Shown here piece after piece: positions 26,301 through 39,400 of a DNA stretch of 64,000 nt. The notes under the pieces are model-generated. The model worked only from the letters and a program-made list of their open reading frames with translations. It did not search any database and had not been told where the DNA came from. The stretch is from Octopus vulgaris. Lineage: Eukaryota. The position numbers and the translations under genes were made by a program. The stretch spans positions 91,822,001-91,886,000 of the forward strand of contig OX597815.1 of assembly GCA_951406725.2 (NCBI GenBank). Direction: 5' to 3'. Every line of letters starts with the position of its first letter. The first letter of the stretch is position 1.

Positions 26301-26556
26301 TCCATTCCGGTACATGTCAGAAATCTATCAGGATGCAGTGTGGAATCATTCAAATTGCAGCTGGATAGATACTTAAGCACCATTAGAGATGAACCCCATC
26401 TCCCATGATATACACAACAAGCACAAACTGACTCAAACTCGCTCCTACACATGTCAAAATTAAACAGAGAATACAACCTGGCAACCACACCAGACTCTGA
26501 GGGTGGAGTCTTCGACTTGGCCTGAGCATGGACTCAAACTCAAATGAAATGAAATG
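23342..26556 (+). mobile_element. Young CR1/L2-group non-LTR retrotransposon, 5'-truncated; ORF2 (APE + RT) with one frameshift (~24900) and stops at 25926 and 26406
   Basis: ANIQGL, ITESHL, GGV, YRPP, GDFN, IDLVF, SDH (APE). NYRPISLTS, QHGFR, YLDFAKAFDKVDH, VPQGTVLGP, FADD (RT). IDYCSQLWSP. Ends in an (AATGA)n tail. Confidence 0.95.
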
Positions 26557-26711
26557 TGTTATTCTCCAAACTCTGAGTATCAGGTGTAGAGAATAAGACA
26601 CATTAGGAGACAGTCATAAAGAAAAATAAGCACAGATGTTCAGAGAGGGTTCAATACGATTTAGGCCACCAAAAGTAAGCATTGAACACAAAGCCAGTTT
26701 TTGCAGGGATT

Positions 26712-26874
26712 AATATAATCCTTTCTACAATAGGCACAAGACCTGAAATTTTGTGGAAGGGGGATAGTCGATTACATCAATCCCAGTACTTATTCTATTG
26801 ACCATGAAAGGCAAAGTCAACCTTGGTGGAATTTGAAGTCAGAACGTAAGAACAGGTAGAATGCAACAAAGCAA
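26712..26874 (-). mobile_element. SINE-like repeat (gttcaaattcc...gttgactttgcctttc family)
   Basis: Reverse complement resembles 47975-48187 (+); further copies at ~6330-6530, 8520-8720 and 48440-48580. Confidence 0.65.
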
Positions 26875-29442
26875 TTTCATAAAGCTGACTGGAAGTTAAT
26901 TCAAAGAGAGATTCTCAAACAGAACACACTTGAAACTTTCTCTATGCAAAACAAAAGCATAAAACTTGAGCAATTTATGTCAATAATTCATTAAATACAT
27001 TCCAGAACCTACACTGTAAAGTCCAAAGTAAAAGGAGCACTTGAACTCTATCCAGTATTTTGCCCCTTTGGCTAGGAAACATGTAGATCAGTTCTTTGAC
27101 ACCACAGCAAGTAACAGTTGCATCAACATAAAAGAGGAAGATGTAATATCAACTATAGCTGGAATGAGCTTAAACTCAGCAATAGGCCCTGGTGGATTCC
27201 CAACAATCCTCAGAAAAAGCATATTATCAGGCTTTTGTCAAGCCACTCTAGATGCCTTTTCAAACTTTCTTGGCAAGAAAGAAATCTCCAGATAAGTTAA
27301 AAACATAACATGCTTTGTTCATAAAAGAGGAAACAAGGCAGATATTAAAAGTTAGGCCTCTCTCTACTTCATATGTCTGCAAAGTCATAGAATGAATTAT
27401 CAGAGAGAAACAAATCAGGTTCTTAGAAGAAAATGAGTTACTGACTAATTTTCAGCAAGGCTTTCACTCAAGAAGAAACTACTTTATACAGCTGCCATAA
27501 TACTATAACTAGGAACAACTACATAAATGTATACATGGTATATTTTGACTTTCAAAAAGGCCTTCAGTGAAGTTGATCATGGGATATGTGTTATAAACTG
27601 TGTGATCTTGACATAATTGGGAAATTAGGAGAGTGGGTTGCATGGCCTTTTAAGAGGTAAAAGTCAAATAGCTGATGTTAATGGTGCTCTCTCAAAAGAA
27701 ACACTGATTTTGAATGGACCGTCCCAGAGAACTGACTTTTGGCCATAGCTGTTTATACTAGTTCTATCAGACATGCCTTCAGTTATACGAATAGTCACGC
27801 TCAACAGCTATGCCAATGATAAAAAGTATCACAGGCAATTAAAAACACTGGTATAGCCCCAAAACTATAGAAAGACCTCAATGCAATCTACAAGTGGGCT
27901 AAAGAAAATAACATGCAATTTAACACTGGAAAGATCATTACTATTAGCCCACAAACACATCATATCCAGAATGCACAGGACCTTGAGGGATTGCAATTCC
28001 AGGGTCACAGTCAGTGCATGACTGGGAATAAATATGAGTAATGCTGCATTTTTTCATGTACACATTAACAAGATGGCAATGATGTGCAAAAGACTGACAG
28101 GATGGATTTTGAAATCATTTTGTATGGAAGAGCAAGAAAGCATGCTGCATTTATGGAAAACATTTCTCTTCAGATGTCTGGACTATGCTTGCAACTATGA
28201 TTGCCAAAAAGTATTAAATGGACTGTAAAACTAAAAGCAATCCAGTGATACTACATGAAGAAAATAGACTCAAAACAAAAGCTGAGCAACCAGAAGGGAT
28301 TGAAAGCACTAAAACACCATTCTTTGGAAAGTAGACAAAGAAGATATATATATATATATATATATAATGATTTATATATAGAAAATCCTTGAGGGTCGCA
28401 CCAAACTTCAGTATTGAGAGCTATACCAGTCCCTTAACTACAGAGTCCTAAATCTATACTAATCCTTCCCTGCAGAGCCGTAAAGGTCCTACGTTTCTCA
28501 TAGCAACTTAGGGCTTAAATGCCCAAAGCTTTTCAGTATCTTGCCAAGATGGATGCAAGTATTTTCAAAAATTGTCTGGATATTCAACTATTATCCCAGA
28601 TGAGCCAATGTCATGGCAAGAAATGCAAATGAATCCACTACATCAAACTTCCTCATTCACAAAAAGCTAACTATAAAAAAAAAAGCAGCTCCATAGAAAT
28701 ACTATTAGTTATACAGATGGTGCACAAGCATGGCCACAGTCAGTAACTAAAACAAGTAAAATAATATAAAAGAATACATATACATACATAACATACATAC
28801 ATATATGTGTGTGTGCACTCACACATATACACATATATGTAGAGGCACGTGGTTTAGTGGTTGGGGTGTTCAATTCATGATCATAAGATTGTGGTTTTGA
28901 TTCCTGAACTGGGTGATGCATTGTGTTCTTGAGCAAAACACTTCATTTCACATTGTCCCAGTCCACTCAGCTGGCAAAAATGAGTAATTCTGCGACAGAC
29001 TGGTATCCCATCCAGGGAGGGAATATACTGTATACTCCACAGAATCTGCCTTTCTTCCTTTTAGTGTCAATAAAATAAGCACCAGTCAAGTACTGGAGTC
29101 AATGTAATTGCCTAATCCTCTCCACCAAATTTCAGGCTTTGTACCTATAGTAGAACTTACTGATAATGAGGCTTGTGATACTTTTTTTATATACACATGT
29201 ACATATGTGTGTGTGCATGTGCATGTATCATGAAGACATGTCACTTAGTGGTTAGGGTATTTGGCTTACAAGCGTAAGGTCGTGAGTTCAATTCCTGATG
29301 TGATATTGTGTCCTTAAGCAAAACACTTTATTTCATGCTGCTCCAGTCTACTCAGCTACAAAAATGAGTAGTTCCTCTATTTCAAAGGGCCAGCCTTGCC
29401 ACATTCTTTGTCATGCTAAATCTCACTGAGAACTACGTTAAA
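26875..29442 (+). repeat. Copy B of the ~2.6 kb direct duplication (old LINE remnant + two SINEs)
   Basis: Direct alignment with 14526-17136; paired ORF translations in the track are almost identical. Confidence 0.95.
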
Positions 29443-29505
29443 GGAACATGTGTCTGTGGAGTGCTCAGCCACATGCACATTAATTTCATGAGCAGGCTGT
29501 TCCAT

Positions 29506-29576
<71 letters not shown>

Positions 29577-31072
29577 CATGTGTGTGTATAAGTTCCAATG
29601 TGGCTGTGTGGTCAAGAAGTTTGCTTCCCAACCACATGGTTTCAGGTTCAGTCCAATTGTATGGCACCTTGGACAAATATCTACAAAAATAGCCCTCAGT
29701 TAAACAAAGCTTTGTGAGTGGATTTGGTAGAAGGAAACTGAAAGAAGACTTGTGTGTGTGTTAATGTGCAAATGCTCAGATCTTCCCATTTTGACATTTT
29801 ATAACAGTTGTAAATAAGTACCTTCTTCCACACAAGCAATGTCATTCATTTCCAATATTCTGCAAGAACATGTCTGACCTTGGGGTAACATTACTTTACT
29901 TGGAAACAGGTGAATGTTGGTGACAAGAAGGGCATCCAGCCATAGAAAATCAGCCTCAATATATTCTCTGACCTATGCAAGTGTAGAAAAGTGAACCTTA
30001 AAACACAAGATGATGATAAACCCACTTACTAACTGTGTATTATGTGAATGGTATTGTCAGATTGATTTAATTTCTGAATTCTATTATTCTACACTAACAA
30101 ATACAATTTTCTGTGTATATACTTAGCCATTTCTTTACAAAGATATTCCAGAAAATTATGGAGAGGCTTTTCCTGCAATGATGATAATAAAATAAAATAT
30201 GCTTTATCATTGTGTCTGTTATTACTTTTGGTTGAGAGAGCAGTGCAGCAAACTGGCAGGATCTCTAGCAAGTTGGAGAAAATGCTTAAGGGTATTTCAA
30301 CCATCTTTACATGGAGTTCAAAATCTGCGAAGATCAACTTTGCCTTTTAATAAGATCACTCACCCTGGTAAAGAAGATGTGACTGCAAGAGTCATGCACT
30401 AGTTCCACATAAAAGTACTTGTACCAGTGCCACATTAAAAGCACCCAGCACACATTGTAATGTGGTTGGCATAAAGAAGGGCATCCAGCCATCGAAACCA
30501 AGCCAAATCAGAATAGAACTTGGCGAAGCTTTTCCAGCTTGCCAGCTCTGGTCCAACCTATTGAGTGTGGTCGTTGCCATGTAAAAGTACCCACTACACT
30601 CTTGGAGTGATTGGTATTAGGAAAGGCATCCAACTGTAGAAACTTTGCCAAATCAGATTGAGCTTGGTGCAGCTTTCTGGCTCACCAGTCCTCAGTCAAA
30701 CCGTCCAACCTATGCAAGCATGGAAAGCAGATGTTAAACCACGATGATGATATATACTGATGTTCACATTGTTGAATTTTTTAATTTCTGATTTTTTAAA
30801 TTATTTTCTTGTTATAAGTTTTACTGTGGTTTACAGTTTTTGTAATTGTGAAGTTTGTATATATTGGCAGGTGCTTACCTCCTTAATTTTTTTTTATTGT
30901 GCAATTAATTGCGTTGTTGCAATAAAAGTTATGTTTACATATTTGGGTAGTCAGGGAGAAAAGAAAGGTGAAACTTTCACACAAAATTGTAGATACTAAA
31001 GTTTTAAATTTTCTAGAGATGTTCGTTTGTATGTCTGATCAGAAAAGACTGTTGTGCTTTTGCAATAAAAAG

Positions 31073-31470
31073 GATGTTTACATTTTTGAATACTCAGGGA
31101 GAAAGGAAAGGACAAAAAAGGAGGGTAAAATATTTTGTTTTGTTTTTTGTTTTTGTTTTTTTTCTACAGAAACCCTCCTTTTCAACTGTGAAGATTCTGA
31201 ATCTACAAAAAAAAAATCGGGGTTTAATGTTGATATTATTACCTGGAAACGTAATCAAAAATATAGTGTAACAGGTGTAAAAAAAAGGTGTAGGAAATGA
31301 ATATGAAAGCAAAAATGCCTGGAAAGCAACAGGTGGGGAGAGGCCTTTGGAAAATTCGCAAGATCTGAAAACAAAAATGTGCGGAAAGCAATGGGGTGGG
31401 GAGAGGACTTCAGAAAATTCACAAGATTCACAAGATCCATGTTTTTCCCTCATAATTTTGAGGAAAATAT
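31073..31470 (-). repeat. Left arm of a long imperfect inverted repeat (with 47040-47615), preceded by a direct-repeat motif
   Basis: aaaaggtgtaggaaatgaatatgaaagcaaaaatgcctggaaagcaac is the reverse complement of gttgctttccgggcatttttgttttcatattcgtttcctacacctttt (47405-47452). The motif atgtttacat...tcagggagaaa occurs at 30931, 31074 and 47665. Confidence 0.85.
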
Positions 31471-32141
31471 AATCCTTTTGAAATCACAGATTAAGCTTTC
31501 CTCAGGAAACATCCCTTTCAAGGGTTCAGATTCTTCTACTATGTATATATAAAAAAAGAATAAAAGTAGTTTTAGAGACAGAACCACCTTCAACTCAATA
31601 GATTGGTTGTTTGCAATAATACATAGATTAAATAAAATAAACAAAAATAAAAGTGGCTTCTTCCGGTTCCACTGACAGTACTATATAAAGGAATAGATAC
31701 ACCAGTAGAACCTTTTGACATTTATTTGTAGTACCTGCTATACATATGTATTATTAAATGCGGATTTTACCTTATTTTCAGGATGTAGCTATGTCTAATT
31801 TTCGCCGAGGAAAGAAAAGATAAGTTAACATCGTATTATTTTTATCTCTATTTTTTATTTCGTATTTATTTGTTCGCAATTCTTTATTCTTTATTCGTAA
31901 CTTTCATTCGGAATTTTTACTCGTATTTTTTCTCTTTAAATTTTTTTCCTTAAATGTTTATTCCTGGAATTTTTATTCCTTAAATTTTTGATTTTCAGTT
32001 ATTTTTATTTATTATTTGTATCTTTTTATTTATTATTTGTATTTCTATTTATTTGTATATGTTAAGTAAGATTATATTGAAGATATAGAGTATCATACAA
32101 GTATATAAGATGTAGTGATAGTAAATAATGTTGAGGAATCT

Positions 32142-32242
32142 GGACCTGAAGATTGGAAGTGTGTCGACCAGGAGTAAGTATTGAAAATAGATACCTCATA
32201 TCTAATCAATACCGACGTAATTTCATGAAACACATGTAGTCT
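32142..32242 (+). ncRNA. Extended-stem-II hammerhead ribozyme (copy 2 terminal unit)
   Basis: ggac-CTGAAGA-ttggaagtgtgtcg...cgacgtaatttcat-GAAAC-acat-GTA-gtct. Confidence 0.72.
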
Positions 32243-32516
32243 TATAAACGGTAAATACAGGATTCAGAATAGATATAATTAGTATAAGATTTAATATTTA
32301 ACATTTTATTGATTGGTAGGGTATAAAATCTTTCAGTGTTGATTGAGTTGAAGGTGATTCTGTCTCTAAAACTACTTTCATATATACGAATTAAACATTG
32401 AGAGATGTTCATTTTAGTACATTTAATTTGAATGTCTTTTTCTTGTGTACTTGGAAGTAATATTCCCTAATAATTATAATAATATTATATAAAAAGAATA
32501 AAGAAAACATATATGT

Positions 32517-32563
<47 letters not shown>

Positions 32564-32681
32564 AGAAGTATTGGTGGTGATGTACAGATTTAATATATAT
32601 ATATATCAAAGGAAAAAGATGTTCAGAATGCTGGATGGTTGTAAAAATATATATTTATTTACATATCATATATTATTACTT

Positions 32682-32724
32682 CATATTAGCACTTTCAACT
32701 ACTCTTGTAGTTTTATCAGAAATA
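32682..32724 (-). ncRNA. Degenerate minimal hammerhead (core mutated to CTGATAA)
   Basis: Same position in the 3' UTR as 19683-19725. Confidence 0.6.
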
Positions 32725-32988
32725 TCAGTTTAAAAATTTTTGCCTGTATTTATATTATTGGTAAATGAAGTGGGGAGAGAGAGAGTGTGTGTGTGTGTAT
32801 ATAATGGAGAATAGGAGGGAGGGAGAAGGTGAAAGAGAGAGAATATGTGGGGGTGATTTAAAACTGTCTTTTTGTATTTTTTGGATGACCCTTGTAAGAA
32901 ATGGAAAGAGAGAAGGAAAAAGAGGGTTTGTTTTTCAATAGTAGGTGTGTTGCTATGTACACCCACACATATATCCCTACAAATGAAC

Positions 32989-33019
<31 letters not shown>

Positions 33020-35354
33020 CACACATATGGAGGAACCTATTGTGTGTGTACATTTTCATAAACTTTCATACATATATGTACTGTGTGATCTTGAAAATGA
33101 GAAAGAAAGAAAGGGAAAAAAATAAAATATAAAATTAAAAATATAAAGAAAATGTTGTGTCCTTTCTTCACTTGGCACTCCCTTGAGTTTCTAAAAGTAC
33201 AGGTGATTGACCATTCAATGTTTGATATACATATATATACACCTAAACACATATCAATGTGTACATACACACACATACATATATAAATATACATGCACAC
33301 ATGTACATACACACACACACACATATGAACATATATATGTATGCATACATATATACACTCATACACATGCATATCCACATATAGAGCCACACATATAAGC
33401 ATATACATACATATACTTGCATACATACATATATATACGACCACATATATATATAAAATATATCAAACATGTATGTACATATATATACACGTCCATATGC
33501 ATATAAGCATTTATAATCACATACATAGTCAGAAGTTCAAGATGAATAATTGTATATATAAGAAAAGGGAGAATTCTTTCATTTCTATATAAAGATATAG
33601 AACAGGTTTTTTTTCTTTTTTGTGTGTGTATCACATGATCATTGACTTTTTTACTACTTTTACTTTTTTTAGCCATTCAATTTTGGGCTAAATTTTTCTA
33701 TGAAGTGCAGTTCCATAGCTTTACGGTATTGCGGGTCATTGCGTGAGCATTTGTAGAATGGAATAATTTTAAATTTTCCATTTCCGCATACTTCTAGGTA
33801 TTTGCTTAATGGTATCTTGCGTAACACTTCCTGTTTTATATGCTGCCTATGTATTCTGGCGCGTTGGCAGAGAGAGTTGTTCGTTTCGCCAATATAGTTT
33901 TCCTTGCAGTTTGGGCAAGTAATGCAATATATGAGGTTTTGCGTTTTGCAAGTCATATTAGCATTGATCTTAAAGAGAGGGACATTTTAAAAATTTTAAG
34001 TGGGAACCACATTGTAGGTATTTGTAATTATTCTCGTTGTTGCATGTTCCGCAACTTTTGTCTCCACATTCTGTTACTGAGAATTCTGCTCCCTTCTCCG
34101 ATCTGAATTCTGCCCTTGTAAGGTGCTTTTTAAGGTTTTTCGGTTGGCGTTTGCTGTTGAGTAGGATTTTTTTGTTCATCAGATTCCTCATTTTAGGGCT
34201 TTGTAGAAGGATGGGCAAGTTTGATTTTATAGCCTAGAAAATATTTGTTATGCCAGGACTGTGTGTAGAGACGAATGGTATTGTCTGTTTATTGTTTTTT
34301 TCTTTTGGTGTTCTTGATTCGCTAATTCAATGCCTTTTTAAAAGCTTTCTTTATCAAACCTGAAGGGTATTTTTGTATTTCGAGGAAGTCCTGGAGTTCG
34401 TCAAGTCTAGTTTTTCGTGTTGCAGTGTCTGTAACTATAGTGTATATGCGTCTTGCCATGCAGTAGGGTATATTTTTTTTAATGTGTGATGGGTAGCAAG
34501 AGTCAAAGTTGAGATAGTGATGTGTGTCTGTTTTTTTTGTAATAAATGTCTGTAGTTACTCTGCAATTTTTTATTTTTATGAGAATGTTTAGGAATGGTA
34601 ATTCATTAAAGTTGGATTCTGTGGTAAATTGTATGGCTGGGTGCAATTTGTTAAATATCTCTTTAAAGGTGTTTAGGTCCGTGTCTGATTTTTCCCAAAA
34701 GATGAAGCAATCATCAAGAAATCGGTTCCATTGTTTCATGATGTATATCTTGAATTCCTGGTCAAAGGTTTTTTCTACATCTTTGTAGAGTTTTTCTTCC
34801 AGGAACCCCAGGTTAGCATATGAAGGTGCAAAGCGCATACCCATAGCTGTGCCCTTTATTTGTTTCTATGTTTTGTTTCTATGCGTGTGGCTTTTATGAT
34901 GAGATCCGTCTTAAAACGTTCATCTATCTTATCTCTATGTCTTGTCACCCAGTATTCTACTGCTTCCAGACCTAGAGTGTGGGGCATGTTGGTGTATAGG
35001 TTGGTGACATCGAAACTTGTGAGTATGGTACCTTCTGGGACTATGTCTGGGATATGTTGTAGGAAATCGATGCCATCTCTTACATAGCTTGGTAGGATGG
35101 GCCATAGAGATTTAAGTATGATGTCCAAAAAGTGGCTAATTTGTTCGGTCGGTGCTTGTGGGCCTGCCACTATTTCAGGTCTGTAGGTCTTAGTATTCGT
35201 ATATATTTGCTTTTTTGTTCGTTAATGGCATTTTGTATTGCCGAGGCTCTCTTTGCTTTGAGAGTAGCATATATATTCTTTCTCTTTTTCTGTGAAAGTG
35301 TCTCGGTATTCTTCGATCAGTTTTCTGATTTTTGATTTTGGGGTAGGTGTGTTC

Positions 35355-36470
35355 TGTGTATTTTATTGGGTCTGGTGGGTGGTTTCGGAAGTTTTTCCCT
35401 AAAAAAGGTGTGTTGTTTTCTCTTCGTCTTCCAGGTTCGGGAATTTGTTTTCCATATGGTGGGGGAGGTGTTGGTTCAAATCGACTGTATGGGAGTCTTT
35501 GGTATTCGGTTCTGTAATCCTCCCACATGTCATAGGTTATAGGTCTTTTGGGGTGCATAGAATTTCTTGGTTTTCTATGTGGACTGTTGTGGTTTCTGTA
35601 GTTGAATATTTCTTCATTTCTTCGGTGGGTCCATCCAGTGTTTTTGGTGGTGTAGTCGTGTTTTTGTTTTCATGGTTGATTTGTCTCCATAATTCTTTTC
35701 ACAGGTTGTAAACTATTCTTGATGCTTCTCCCATATTTTTCTGGATCTTGCTTCTTCTATGTCTGTATATCTCTTCCATAGGTTTCTCAATTTCTCGTGG
35801 CACTGTTTATCACTTCGCTCTGTAATGATGGTGTCTATTGTTTTAGTTTTCTCCTCGTATCGTGTTTTTCGAGAATCGAGGAGGGAAATTTCTGTTTCTA
35901 GGCGGTATAAGGCTAAGTTTGCACGTATTCCTGGGTTCGATTGGTTTGGCTTTGCTTCGCCAATTTTGGTAAATATTTGCTATGTTTTCACAGCGGGAGC
36001 TTTTCCAGTAGGCATGTTTTCGTTGGTTTAGGAGTTTTTTCCAGAGGTTCGGTTTCAGGGGGTTTTGTTCTTGGGTTTCACTTTTAGTTGGTTTCTTTTT
36101 ATTTGACTCAGTTGATTGAGCATTTTCAGTGTTATTCTTCTGGAGATCATTTTCAGAATTTTCTGTGTTGTGGAGTATTGCGTCCAGTTTTAGGATGATC
36201 AAGTTTAGTTTTGGGGATATTTCTGTTAGAAGTTTTTCTGCGTTTTTCGTATCTTTCGGTTGTGAGTTCATTTGTGTTTCGTTCATTCTGGAGTTGTAGA
36301 TTTAATATGGAGATCTTCTGTAGATTCCGTGTTATTTATTCCAATGTTGCATATTCTGCAAATTTGTGTGAGGAGATCTGTCTGTTGTGAGTATTCTGTT
36401 TCGCTTCTTTCGATGGGGTTTCCTGTATTGCTGGAATTTTCTAGTCGTGGGTTTGATTCTGAGGTCGTGT
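35355..36470 (-). pseudogene. Disrupted upstream ORF1 of the PLE (N/Q/K-rich, probably helical/coiled-coil protein)
   Basis: Track ORFs 35843-36286 (...LNLIILKLDAIL...WKKLLNQRKHAYWKSSRCENIANIYQNW) and 35190-35558 (...NNTPFLGKNFRNHPPDPIKY) lead directly into the RT ORF start region. Confidence 0.7.
35397..35406 (-). other. Putative -1 ribosomal frameshift slippery site T-TTT-TTA-GGG
   Basis: The heptamer is in phase with ORF1 (cct ttt tta ggg). The -1 frame is the RT frame, as read in copy 3. Confidence 0.7.
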
Positions 36471-39400
36471 ACTTCCGAAACCACCCACCGGACCCAATAA
36501 AATACAGACTCTAAACAAACTAACAGACCCCAAAATAATAAATTTATCAAATAGAAATATAAATAAGAATGAAATGACACTATTACTAAGGGGTTTTAAA
36601 TTTACCCCTACACCCACACCTAATTTGATCGAACTGAAATCAGATGTGGAACACTTTAGCCGTCGCCTGCGACTTCAAGAATTCTTAGGAAATAAAGATT
36701 TTGAGGATGAATCGATAGTCAAAAAGAAATCCCACTTCACCCCCTACAAGGGAAGTGACAAAAATCTGGATACATATATTGAAACAATCTCCAAATTTCC
36801 TCTGAAGTCACAAAAATACAAACAAAACCTTTCTACAGAAGAAAAAGAAGCACTACAAACACTAAAAAATGACAACTCGGTAATCTTAAAAGAAGCAGAT
36901 AAGGGTGGAGCAATAGTAATCATGGATAAGGATTACTATAAAGACAAAATACTGGAAATGCTGACAGACGAAACATACTACAAGGAAGAAGCAGGGCACC
37001 CAGAAAAGAGAACAAAATCAAAAATCAGAAAACTGATCGAAGAATGCCGAGACTCTTTCACAGAAAAAGAGAAGGAATATAAATGCTACTCTCAAACCAA
37101 AGAGAGCAACTTCTATGGCTTACCGAAAATCCACAAAAGCTCGGCAATACAAAATGCCATTAACGAACAAAAAAGCAAATATATACGAATACCAAGACCT
37201 ACAGACCTGAAACTAAGGCCAATAGTGGCAGGCCCACAAGCACCGACCCAACAAATTAGCCACTTTTTAGACATCATACTTAAACCTCTATGCCCCCTCC
37301 TACCAAGCTATGTACAGAGATGGCATCGATTTCCTACAACATATCCCAGACATAGTCCCAGAAGGTACCATACTCACAAGTTTCGATGTCGCCAACCTAT
37401 ACACCAACATGCCCCACACTCTAGGTCTGGAAGCAGTGGAATACTGGGTGACAAGACATAGAGATAAAATAGATGAACGTTTTAAGACGGATCTCATCAT
37501 CAAAGCCACACGCATAGTTCTGAGGAAAACACATTTAAATTTAACCACAAAACATAGAAACAAATAAAGGGCACAGCTATGGGTACGTGCTTTTCACCTT
37601 CATATGCTAACCTGATCATGGGGTTCCTGGAAGAAAAACTCTACAAAGAAGTAGAAAAAACCTTTGACCAGGAATTCAAGATATACATCATGAAACAATG
37701 GAAACAATTTCTTGATGATTGCTTCATCAGACACGGACCTAAACACCTTTAAAGAGATATTTAACAAATTGCACCCAGCCATACAATTTACCACAGAATC
37801 CAACTTTAATGAATTACCATTCCTGGACATTCCCATAAAAATAAAAAATTGCAGAGTAACTACAGACATTTATTACAAAAAATCAGACACACATCACTAT
37901 CTCAACATTGACTCTTGCTACCCATCACACATTAAAAGAAATAAACCCTACTGCATGGCAAGACGCATATACACTATAGTTACAGACACTGCAACACGAA
38001 AAACTAGACTTGACGACTCCAGGACTTCCTCGAAATACAAAAATACCGTTCAGGTTTGATAAAGAAAGTTTTTAAAAAGGCATTGAAACTCAACATCACC
38101 GAATTAAGAACACCAAAAGAAAAAAATCAATAAACAGACAATACCATTCGTCTCCACACACAGTCCTGGCATAACAAATATTTTCCAGGCTATAAAATCA
38201 AACTTGCCCATCCTTCTACAAAGCCCTAAAATGAGGAGCCTGATGAACAAAAAAATCCTACTCAACAGCAAACACCAACCGAAAAACCTTAAAAAGCACC
38301 TTACAAGGGCACAATTCAGATTGGAGAAGGGAGCAGAATTCTCAGTAACAGAATGTGGAGACAAAAGTTGCGGAACATGCAACAACGAGAATAATTACAA
38401 ATACCTACAATGTGGTTCCCACTTAAAATTCAAAAATGGCCTTCTCTTTAAGATCAATGCTAATATGACTTGCAAAACGCAAAACCTCATATATTGCATT
38501 ACTTGCCCAAACTGCAAGGAAAACTATATTGGCGAAACGAACAACTCTCTCTGCCAACGCACCAGAATACATAGACAGCATATAAATCAGGAAGTGTTAT
38601 GCAAGATACCATTAAGCAAACACCTAGAAGTATGCGGAAATGGAAAATTTTAAATTATTCCATTCTACAAATGCTCACGCAATGACCCGGAATACCGTAA
38701 AGCTATGGAACTGCATTTCATAGAAAAATTTTGCCCAAAATTGAATGGCTAAAAAAAGTAAAAGTAGTAAAAAAGTCAATGATCATGTGATACACACAAA
38801 AAAAGAAAAAAACCTCTTTCTATATCTTTATATAGAAATGAAAGAATTCTCCCTTTTCTTTTCTTATATATGCAATTATTCATCTTAAACTTCTGACTAT
38901 TTATGTGATTATAAATGCTTATATGCATATGGACGTGTATATATATGTACAGACAAGTTTGATATATTTTATATATATATGTCGATATATGTATGTATGC
39001 AAGTATATGTATGTATATGCATATATGTGTGGATATGCATGTGTATGTGTGTATATATGTGTGCGTACATATATATGTACATGTATGTATGTATATGCAT
39101 GCATATTTGTATATGTAGGTTTGTGGGTGTGTGTGCGTTTATATGTGTGTGTATGTGTGTATGTACACATATTGATATGTGATTAGGTGTATATATATGT
39201 ATATCAAACATTGAATGGTCAACCACCTGTTCTTTTAGACACCCAAGGGAGCGCCAAGTGAAGAATGGACACATTTTCTTCATATTTTTATTTTTATATT
39301 TTATTTTTTCCCTTTCTTTCTTTCTCATTTTCAAGCTCAAGCAGTACATGTATGGTTCCTCCATATGTGTATATATATGTGAGTGTATGTTGATAGATAT

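Larger units (their letters stand above)
31562..36470 (-). mobile_element. PLE copy 2 including upstream ORF1 region; internal deletion at ~35340
   Basis: RT/GIY-YIG fragments at 33669-35340; ORF1 remnants at 35355-36470; 3' UTR and terminal unit shared with copy 1. Confidence 0.9.

Noticed and set aside
25926-26408. In-frame TGA codons in the LINE as selenocysteine or readthrough
   Set aside because: They fall where Trp or Gly is expected (single-base nonsense changes), and the copy also has a frameshift.
35397-35402. TTAGGG telomeric motif
   Set aside because: Single occurrence, explained by the slippery-site context; no telomeric arrays in the window.
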